This document shows positions 51,356 to 59,158 of a stretch of DNA of 64,000 nt, piece by piece (within the stretch, counting starts at the first letter, position 1; the number at the start of each line of letters is the position of its first letter). The stretch is from an uncultured virus (IMG/VR IMGVR_UViG_3300025010_000041) (Duplodnaviria > Heunggongvirae > Uroviricota > Caudoviricetes). The translations under genes and the position numbers were made by a program. Location: the IMG/VR virus record IMGVR_UViG_3300025010_000041; one strand, written 5' to 3'. The notes beneath the pieces are model-generated. The model had not been told where the DNA came from, did no database searches, and saw only the letters and a program-made list of their open reading frames with translations.

Positions 51356-51955
51356 ATGACAATGATCGTAAAAATGTTCCAGGTCGATATCCAGATTGAC
51401 CAGGAAGCGCATAAGATCGTGCTGCGCAACCCGGCAGGTCAAGAGTTGGACATTACCAACTGTGTCCAGCGTCACGAGGTAGACATTGACGGCACGGCCT
51501 ATCTGTCCGTTGTCGCCACTACCCGCAAGTGCAGTTACAAAGCCGAGCCGAAAGAAATGGCGCGCACCTGTTCGCTGCACCCGGATCAGCCGGTAGTCTT
51601 TCGGCGCGGTATTCAGTGTCGCTGCGGAGAGACCGTTATCACGCTGGCGCTTTGCCAGTGGTGCAGGGATCATTTGAGCGAGGAAGCGCAAGCCGAGCTT
51701 TCAGACCGCCATTACGAGGCCGGCTGCGAGTTGCACAAGAGCGGCCAGGTTCACCAGGAATGGGCGGCGCGCCTGCGACCTCTGGCGTGGAGAACCGGGA
51801 AAGAGTTTTTCTCTGCCCCGTGCCCGTTCTGCGAATACGAAATCCGTGACGTCTGGGGCGCTGCAACCAGCGACGGAACCGAAGTGGTTTGTCCAGGCTG
51901 CGGCAAAACCTCGAAGATTGTGCGCATAGACGGCGGGCTTGAAGTTGTGCAATGA
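51356..51955 (+). CDS. Cys-rich Zn-ribbon protein
   Basis: CPFC..CPGC. Confidence 0.7.
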   Translation: MTMIVKMFQVDIQIDQEAHKIVLRNPAGQELDITNCVQRHEVDIDGTAYLSVVATTRKCSYKAEPKEMARTCSLHPDQPVVFRRGIQCRCGETVITLALCQWCRDHLSEEAQAELSDRHYEAGCELHKSGQVHQEWAARLRPLAWRTGKEFFSAPCPFCEYEIRDVWGAATSDGTEVVCPGCGKTSKIVRIDGGLEVVQ

Positions 51956-52134
51956 GCGCCAAACGCAACCAATCTAAAAACGCACGCCGCGCAAAGCAGG
52001 CCAAGCGAGAGCGACCCGAAAAACGACGCGTCCGGCAGATCGGGCCGGGGCGATGGGAAATCGGCTGGATCACTTACCGGCGGTCTGGCAGTTGCTGGAT
52101 TGGCAAGATCGCCTATTACGAGGGGTGGTGAGAA

Positions 52135-52437
52135 GTGAATATCGCCAATCTAAAATCAATCCAGGTTGGCCCATACAATTATGCCGTGGAGATTGTTGAC
52201 GATCTTACAAACAGTGACGGCGATAAACTTTACGGACAGGTTGTTTACGAGGATTTGATTATCAAGATTGACCGCAAACACCTGAATAGCCAACGATTAC
52301 CCGCCATCGTCTGGCATGAGGTTTTACACGCCGCGCTTGAATTATCAGGCGACCAGGATAACGAGCGGATCATCGCCATTCTTGGCGTGCTGATACCACA
52401 ACTATTAGCAGATAACGAGGAGCTAAGAAAACAATGA
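52135..52437 (+). CDS. Small HExxH metallopeptidase-like protein
   Basis: G......I.ID....WHEVLHA....NE. Confidence 0.75.
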   Translation: MNIANLKSIQVGPYNYAVEIVDDLTNSDGDKLYGQVVYEDLIIKIDRKHLNSQRLPAIVWHEVLHAALELSGDQDNERIIAILGVLIPQLLADNEELRKQ

Positions 52438-53020
52438 TTGGCAGACGTGTCTACCCCAACGAAAACGGAGAGTTGAGATTGGCTGAGGGCGATTATGGAT
52501 TACACCCAAAAAGTGGCTGGCAAGTCAGGCCGCCAGGTCAACACGCCGGTGGTATTCCAAAACACACGGTTATTGAGCATGACGACGGCACAATTACTGT
52601 GTCGCCGTCTATCCTGTTGTATGACTTTGACGAAAGCGGCAACCCGAAAAACTGGCACGGCTTTTTAGAGCATGGCGTTTGGAGGCAGGTTTGAATCATA
52701 AGCGACACAAACCAAAAAGCGCACGCGGGGGCTGCTTGCTTTGCAAGCCCTGGAAAGCCAACGGTTACAGTAAGTTTCGCCGAGCCAAATCACGCGACCA
52801 GCGGCAGTTGCAAGTCGAGCCGGTCATTCTGTTCGAGCCGAACGAGTTTGGCGATTGTTTTTCGCCCACGCTCCAGATCGTTGACGGCAGGCGCGAGCGG
52901 CTGGAGAGCGCACCGGACAGCTATCTCGAACACCTGAGCGGGTATGAAAATCTCACCGGAAACGACCCGGAAGCCGAGCGAATTTTCGAGGAATTGACCG
53001 CCCATGAAAAAGAAAAATAA
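52434..53020 (+). other. Two hypothetical genes (52434-52694 with VSPSIL..WHGFL..G.W motif; 52691-53020)
   Basis: Overlaps. Confidence 0.65.
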
Positions 53021-53105
53021 GCCCCAGGAAGCCCGCAAATTGACAGAACATATCCGAAGTCGTTTTTCACGGTAAAACGTCTCTACGGGCTTCCTGTGGC
53101 GATTT
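53021..53105 (+). repeat. GGGCTTCCTGTGG element, copy 3, with an inverted partner
   Basis: CAGGAAGCCCG 53025-53035 is complementary to 53086-53096. Confidence 0.8.
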
Positions 53106-53164
53106 AACACGCGTTAGTAAATACGGACACAATCAGAAAAAAGCAATTTCACGAGGATAATCAT

Positions 53165-53590
53165 ATGGGATACGGTGGACACAGAAATAAGAGCGACGGG
53201 AACCAGAAGCGGCACGACAAACTTGCGCGCGATCTGGGGGCGGTGGTCATTCCAACCAACGGCGATCCCAGTATTGGGTTCGATAGAATTTATGCGTATA
53301 GGGGTAAGACGTTCCTGGTCGAAACCAAAGACGGCCCCGGTCACGACCTGACCCCGAAAGAAAAAGTTCGCCGGGAACAATTGGCCGCGGTTGGCGTAAC
53401 AATGCACAAAATCGAAACCGACGCCCAACTGCTGGCGCTCTTGACGGGAGAAGCGGAGAAAGCGGAGCGACGGTCTCAACCTAGCAACGTCACGGTAATT
53501 TGTCCGCTATGCAAAAAGCCCGCTATCCTGCTGATGGGGTATATCTGCTGCGAAACCGAAAATTGCCCAAACCACTGCACGGCTGAGTGA
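53165..53590 (+). CDS. VRR-NUC-like PD-(D/E)xK nuclease (possible resolvase)
   Basis: D.NQ, GFD....RG..FLVETK....LT..E. Confidence 0.7.
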   Translation: MGYGGHRNKSDGNQKRHDKLARDLGAVVIPTNGDPSIGFDRIYAYRGKTFLVETKDGPGHDLTPKEKVRREQLAAVGVTMHKIETDAQLLALLTGEAEKAERRSQPSNVTVICPLCKKPAILLMGYICCETENCPNHCTAE

Positions 53591-53919
53591 TTTTGCCTAT
53601 GAGCGATTTTATTATCCCAACTGCCGAAAACTTTACAGCCCTGGAAACTCGCGCCTATGGCCCAATCAAGTTTCAGGCGGGCGCGACGCCTGGCGGCTAC
53701 TGTGGGCGGATTAGCGTCAAGATTGACGGGACAAACGCAGTTGAGGGTGACGCGTTCTCTTTTCCCTACCCAACTCTGCAAGAGGCGCTGGATTGGTTGG
53801 AAACTATGCGGCGGGATCGAAACACACTCCCGGCGATTATCTTTGCCGCTAAGATCATGGAGCCGTATTTGCTGGCGTACAAAGTCACCCAACAATTGAG
53901 CGCACTAACTTCGCCCTAA
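53587..53919 (+). CDS. Hypothetical protein
   Basis: GTGA overlap. Confidence 0.6.
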   Translation: MILPMSDFIIPTAENFTALETRAYGPIKFQAGATPGGYCGRISVKIDGTNAVEGDAFSFPYPTLQEALDWLETMRRDRNTLPAIIFAAKIMEPYLLAYKVTQQLSALTSP

Positions 53920-53920
53920 T

Positions 53921-54007
53921 TGTGTTATACTTTATTTGCTCATGGCGTTATGTCCTTTCGCCCTGGCCCCGGCCCAACCGTTCACTCGCTTGGGCCGGGT
54001 GCTTTTT
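53921..54007 (+). ncRNA. Candidate sRNA E
   Basis: TGTGTTATACT extended -10; hairpin 53944-53962 (loop TTATGTCCTTT); terminator hairpin 53968-53999 (loop CCGTTCACTCGC) plus T-tract. Confidence 0.55.
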
Positions 54008-54011
54008 ACTC

Positions 54012-54040
54012 TTGACAATATCTTGAATAGGGTATACAAT
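54012..54040 (+). promoter_or_regulatory. CTTGA-box promoter
   Basis: TTGACA-17-TACAAT, CTTGA 54022. Confidence 0.88.
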
Positions 54041-54063
54041 CAATTCTAAGAGGACAAAAGACC

Positions 54064-55707
54064 ATGAACGAAACTATTGAGCAACTCAAAGCACGTGACG
54101 GTGAAAAACACAGCGAGCCGCTGATGTTCCTGAAAGAAATCCAGGCCCATGTCACACAGTGGCAGTTCGAGGGCTACCAGGAACAGGGCGTAGTCAAAGC
54201 CAACCGCAAGTTCGTAGCAACCCACGCCGAAAACTACACCCTGCGTTATGGCGTCTCCCGCTTCAACGGGCCGACGCTCTACCGGACGGATACGCAGATT
54301 GTCGAGGTGGCGAAATGACCACCACCGACGCCTGTATCCGCAATCTTCTCGCTGCGGTCAACTGCCCCCGGCCCAATCATGAGCGGGTGGCGAAACTGGA
54401 ATGGCAGATCACTTCCGCCATAATTGACATGCGCGTTTACGCCGGGCGCAAGCCTGGCAACGTGCAAGCGGTCTGCAACCGCCTGGCCGATGGCTGGGCG
54501 GCGGCGCTGGAAACCGCGAAGCGGATCATGGAGGCTAAGAATGCCAACCGCTAAAATTACCTATTTTGGACAGCGTGTTATCGCTTCCTGTGACGGCAAC
54601 TGCGCCAAAGCCTGGGGCATATCGAGCCGGCCTCACGAACAGTTGAGCGACGATGAGGATGACTTGGTTTACCTGGCCGATGACGAATTGGGCGAAGCAC
54701 CTGCCGACCCCGGAACTTATGAGGGCAGCGACAGCAAGCCCGAAAGCGTAGCCGAGTTCCCGAACAAGTGGTGTGTCAGGCAGTGCGAACGCTGCACAAT
54801 GTCCGGCGAGATTTCCGACTGGAGCAAACGCCAATACGATCAGCCCTGGAAGCACGAGGCCAAACGATGACCCCCGACCAGTTGAAGGCGAAGGCGAAAG
54901 AGCTGTACGACTATCGGCAAGAGAACGCCGGCATGCTGGGCTGGAAGTTCCTGCGCAAGCGGTGGCTACGCTTATGCCGCAACCTGGCGAAGCGGATCAG
55001 CCGCAACGCAGCTGGGCCCGAAGCGGCGGCGATGTATTATTTAGACGTTCTCGCTTTGCGCGAGGATGTCACATTCGAGTTCAAAGACTGAGAGGACAAC
55101 ATGAAAGAATTGATTGGCAAGAAAATTGTGAAAGTTGAAATTGATAGCAAACAACAGCACTACCTGCGCTTCACCACAGACACAGGCGAGCAACTGGTTT
55201 ACCTGGCCGATGGCGATTGTTGCAGCGAAAGTTGGTTTTATTCCGTGTCCGGTCTGGACTGCCTGTTGGGGCAGATCGTGACCGCGGTTGAACAAATCAA
55301 CATGGGCGAGATTGCCGAGGACGGCAAGAGTCGGCAAGAAAGCGATGAGCTGTATAGCGTCAAACTGACTACCGGACGCGGTGTTGCGGACGTGGAATTT
55401 CGCAATAGTTCCAACGGTTATTATGGCGGAAACGTTGAATTTTGTGATGCCGAAAATTGGCGCAGCGTCAATATTCCGAACGTGAAGTTCGCTCCGATCA
55501 CCAAAGATTACATTGCGTAAAGACTGAGGCCCAATGAAAATTATCATGTACACAGCGTTCGCTGTTTTCGCCCTGCTGGTTGCGGGCGGGATCGTCACCA
55601 TCACCCCCGGCAATATCGCCCACCTGGGCCGGCTTCCGGCGGCCCTATTTATCGTGTTCCTGATCTTCCTCGTGGCATTAGTTGGGGGAGCCATAAGCCG
55701 GCTTTAG
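54064..55707 (+). other. Six small genes (54064-54318, 54315-54554, 54541-54870, 54867-55091, 55101-55520 with DCCSESW/SNGYYGG motifs, 55534-55707 2-TM)
   Basis: RBS and overlaps. Confidence 0.7.
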
Positions 55708-55727
55708 GCGAGAAACGACACACTCAG

Positions 55728-55763
55728 AAGCGGTCTGGATCAGCAAAAACAGGCCGCTTTTTT
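55728..55763 (+). terminator. Intrinsic terminator ending the early region
   Basis: AAGCGGTCTG/CAGGCCGCTT then T-tract. Confidence 0.8.
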
Positions 55764-55784
55764 GATTCTATGACGGTGAATATG

Positions 55785-55862
55785 GTATACGCATAATCAA
55801 CCTTTTAATGCACTTTACTTAATAAGAATCTGTATTAAGTACAGCGCGCGAAAAGGTTGATT
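55785..55862. repeat. AT-rich palindromic element, copy 4 (inverted core, chimeric arms)
   Basis: AATCAACCTTTTAATGCACTTTACTTAATA-AGAATCTG-TATTAAGTACAGCGCGCGAAAAGGTTGATT. Confidence 0.95.
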
Positions 55863-55963
55863 GTTGTATAACAATAATCAAATTATTTGAGCAAAAAGTG
55901 ATAACTATACGCACTTTCGCCCAAATACATTTGCGTGTCTGATAATCGCCCTCGCCCGCGCAT

Positions 55964-56052
55964 TGTGCTATAATTATATTTAGCCGGGCGGTTTTAGACC
56001 CGCCACGCGGAAGATTGGCTGTCCGTAGACTTTTCAGTTTACGGGCTTTTTG
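55964..56052 (+). promoter_or_regulatory. Putative late promoter with a terminator-containing leader
   Basis: TGTGC-TATAAT (55969-55974); GTCCGTAGAC/GTTTACGGGC plus T5 at 56021-56051 before AGGAGGT RBS. Confidence 0.6.
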
Positions 56053-56072
56053 ATTAACCAGGAGGTGCTTCG

Positions 56073-56450
56073 ATGCTCTATTCTCGCAAAGTTTTGTCCC
56101 TGCTTTTTGGGTTGGCAGCGACCCTGATCGGTTACTACGCCAAACTACCTATGCCGATCCTGACTGCAATCATGGCCGTGTTTGTGGCCGTCGCGGGCGG
56201 GCTGGCGCTGGAAGATTTTGGACGCAACATGGGCGGCGCGACCCCAGACAGGCGAGCGGCGTTCAAGGCGATTGTCCTGGCCCTGCTGAAATATCGCCAG
56301 TTCCAATACGCTGTTTCGAGTTTGATTATCACGGTCTTGGGTTACTACACCGGCTGGCCGTCCGATATGATCCAACAGTTCGCCGGCGCGGCGGTGGTGA
56401 TTATCTTCGGCAGCAGCCTCGAAAAGACCGGCGCCAGTCTCGCCAAATAG
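56073..56450 (+). CDS. Holin-like 4-TM protein
   Basis: SRK N-terminus; two similar TM pairs. Confidence 0.6.
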   Translation: MLYSRKVLSLLFGLAATLIGYYAKLPMPILTAIMAVFVAVAGGLALEDFGRNMGGATPDRRAAFKAIVLALLKYRQFQYAVSSLIITVLGYYTGWPSDMIQQFAGAAVVIIFGSSLEKTGASLAK

Positions 56451-56453
56451 CCC

Positions 56454-56774
56454 ATGAGCACGATCCTGAGTCTTGCGAACGCAGTCCTGGGCCTGACCGC
56501 CGCTGTGCTACAGTTCTGGTTTATGGTCAGGTGCCTGCCGTCCGGCAAGCGGGTCTATCATGCGCTGATTGGGCTATTAGCCGCTTATTGGGGAATCGTT
56601 TACACCTGGATATTGTTAGGCGCTACCGGATCGCCTGAGTTCTGCCAGTGGTTCGGCGGAACGAACGGTGACTGCGGTATGGCCTGGGTCGGGCTGGTCT
56701 TTGTCAGGCCGGCAATCACGCTCACACTGACCGGATTGTTGATCCTCTCTATCCGGCGCTGGAAGGGGTTATAG
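56454..56774 (+). CDS. 3-TM membrane protein
   Basis: Hydrophobic helices. Confidence 0.7.
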   Translation: MSTILSLANAVLGLTAAVLQFWFMVRCLPSGKRVYHALIGLLAAYWGIVYTWILLGATGSPEFCQWFGGTNGDCGMAWVGLVFVRPAITLTLTGLLILSIRRWKGL

Positions 56775-56776
56775 TT

Positions 56777-57133
56777 ATGCCAACTGCCGGTGACATCTCC
56801 GCTGCAATCGCAATGCTCGTTTCTGCCATCGCCGTCTACGTAGCCTGGCGCAAAGCGCCGGCTGAGGTGGCAACACTCCATGCCCAAAGTCAAGAGGCGG
56901 GCGCAAAGACACTGCTCCAGTACATGCAGGTCTTGCAAACGAGCGCCGAGCAAGTCAATAAACTATCAGACCGGATCGCTGTCCTGGAAGAACGCACCGA
57001 AAAACAGGAATGCGAGATCGAAGAACTGCGCAAAGACAACGTTTTGCTGCGCGAGTGGGCGACCCGCCTGCACCATCAGGTGCAATCGTTGGGCGCAAAA
57101 CCGGTTGAGTTGAAAGAGGTTAGGCAGACTTAA
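56777..57133 (+). CDS. N-terminal TM plus coiled-coil protein (lysis accessory-like)
   Basis: TM then heptad-rich region ending LGAKPV. Confidence 0.6.
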   Translation: MPTAGDISAAIAMLVSAIAVYVAWRKAPAEVATLHAQSQEAGAKTLLQYMQVLQTSAEQVNKLSDRIAVLEERTEKQECEIEELRKDNVLLREWATRLHHQVQSLGAKPVELKEVRQT

Positions 57134-57171
57134 TCGTTTGATGTTGAAGCAAAATTATTAGTGCAAAAATT

Positions 57172-57741
57172 ATGACCGAAAAGACTGGCCCCAAAAGAAG
57201 CGACTCAGAGCGAGAACGGGATTACTCGCTGATTGCGGATTGGTACGTTCGCAACTGGACTCACTTCGCTATCATGGAGGAACTGAATAAGCTGCATTAT
57301 CCCAATAATCCCATGACCCGGCAGCAGGTCTCTTATGACATTCAGAAAGTGCTAAAGCGCTGGCGAGATCGGGCATCAACCGCAATTGACCAACACAAAG
57401 CGGACGCCCTGGCCCGGATCGACAAAGTTGAGGCTGAGTTTTGGGGCGCGTGGGAACGTTCGCTTGCCGAGCGAACGATACCTGGCAAGGGCGATGAACC
57501 GCCAATCACCATCAAGCCCGATGGAGACCCTCGCTTTATGACCGGCGTCCTGGACTGTGTGCGAGAGCGGGCGAAACTATTCGGTCTATACGCACCTGTG
57601 CGCACCAATGTTACTTTTGGGAATTTGAACGATGAGCAACTTATCGCCTATGTCAAGGAGCAGCTTGGAGAACTTGGCGCTCTCGCTCCAGGAACTGAAC
57701 AAGCGCAAGCTGTCCCTGAAACCGAAAGCCAAGACGATTGA
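57172..57741 (+). CDS. terS: Terminase small subunit
   Basis: HTH-like TRQQVSYD; GDPRF...RAKLFGL.AP; immediately before TerL. Confidence 0.75.
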   Translation: MTEKTGPKRSDSERERDYSLIADWYVRNWTHFAIMEELNKLHYPNNPMTRQQVSYDIQKVLKRWRDRASTAIDQHKADALARIDKVEAEFWGAWERSLAERTIPGKGDEPPITIKPDGDPRFMTGVLDCVRERAKLFGLYAPVRTNVTFGNLNDEQLIAYVKEQLGELGALAPGTEQAQAVPETESQDD

Positions 57742-59134
57742 CTTCGTTGACCCCGATCCTGTGCGCTGGATACGGCGGCATTTTCGCATTCCCGAAACCA
57801 ACACGCACCGCTTCAACTTCCACCCCTACCAGGAAATGTCACTGCGCGCCGCCCTACACCGTAACGAGGCGGGCGAGTTCGATTACTCCACCATCCTATG
57901 GTCGGATATCAAGAAGTCGGCAAAATCTACCATCGCCGCGGCGGTCATGCTGTGGATGGCCTGGCAATCGGAGTGGGGCAGCGTCTATATCATCGCCAAC
58001 GACTTAGAGGGCGCGGCCAGCCGGGTCGGGCACTACATCACCCGCTCCATCGAACTGCACCCGACTATGCGCGAGGTAATCAGGGTCATTCCCTCTCGCA
58101 ACCGGATCGAATTTCCCAACCACGCATTTATTCAGTTCATCCCGATTGACCCCAGCGGTGAGGCCGGGTCGAACGCCGACGCCGTCTGCTGGTCGGAACT
58201 CTGGGGAGCGCACGAAAAAGCCAACGAGAAAATGTGGACAGAGCTTACCCTAAGCCCGATGAAGCACGGCAAATCGTTCCGCTGGGTTGAAACGTATGCC
58301 GGTTACTCCAACGAATCCAGGCTGCTGGAAAATCTCTATCACACCGGCGTCAAAGAGGGTGCGCCTATCGCCTGGGCCGGAGACTTCACGCCCGCAATCG
58401 AAGCGTTCACCAACCCAACCGCCCGCCAGTTCACCCTCTGGAATACGCACCCCCGCCTACCGTGGCAGAATCAAGAATATTATGCGGAACAGGCAGCTTC
58501 TCTTGACCCGGCAGAGTTCAACCGTGTTCACCGCAACCAGTGGTCAAGTTCTCGCCAAACATTCGTGCCCGCTGAGTGGTGGGAGGCTTGCAAAGAAAAT
58601 TGCACGCCGCTGATTAAAAATCAATCGGTCATTCTCGGAATGGACGCCGCGGTGACCGGTGACTGTTTTGGCCTGCTGATGGTCAGTGGACGCGGCGACG
58701 GCAACTATGACGTTCGTTACGCCCGCAAGTGGACACCCCCCAAAGGCGGCAAACTGGATTTCGGCAGCGAGGATGGGCCGGAGTCAGAGCTTCGGCGGTT
58801 ACTGTTAGAGTATAATGTCGTAGAGGTGGCCTATGACCCCTACCAGTTGGAAGATATGGCAAGCCGGATCGGCGGCGAAATGATCGGATCGTTCTATGCC
58901 TTCAACCAGGGTGCGCAGCGAGCCGTGGCCGACAAAGCGCTGCAAGACGCCATTCGTGACCGGCACATTCACCACAATGGGCTGTTTCATGACCTGACTG
59001 AGCATATCAACAATGCAAACTCGAAACTGGACGGCGAAAAGTTGAGACTGGTCAAGAAAGCCGACAACATGAAAATAGACCTGAGCGTCTGTCTATCAAT
59101 GGCGCTGGAACGTGCGAATTATTGGGGTATCTAG
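57632..59134 (+). CDS. terL: Terminase large subunit
   Basis: HPYQ, KKSAKST (Walker A variant), WSELW (Walker B variant), H.NQW, GMDAA...D, YDPYQ, KID....L.MA. Confidence 0.9.
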   Translation: MSNLSPMSRSSLENLALSLQELNKRKLSLKPKAKTIDFVDPDPVRWIRRHFRIPETNTHRFNFHPYQEMSLRAALHRNEAGEFDYSTILWSDIKKSAKSTIAAAVMLWMAWQSEWGSVYIIANDLEGAASRVGHYITRSIELHPTMREVIRVIPSRNRIEFPNHAFIQFIPIDPSGEAGSNADAVCWSELWGAHEKANEKMWTELTLSPMKHGKSFRWVETYAGYSNESRLLENLYHTGVKEGAPIAWAGDFTPAIEAFTNPTARQFTLWNTHPRLPWQNQEYYAEQAASLDPAEFNRVHRNQWSSSRQTFVPAEWWEACKENCTPLIKNQSVILGMDAAVTGDCFGLLMVSGRGDGNYDVRYARKWTPPKGGKLDFGSEDGPESELRRLLLEYNVVEVAYDPYQLEDMASRIGGEMIGSFYAFNQGAQRAVADKALQDAIRDRHIHHNGLFHDLTEHINNANSKLDGEKLRLVKKADNMKIDLSVCLSMALERANYWGI

Positions 59135-59158
59135 TTGAGATACCGGAGATAAGCAATT

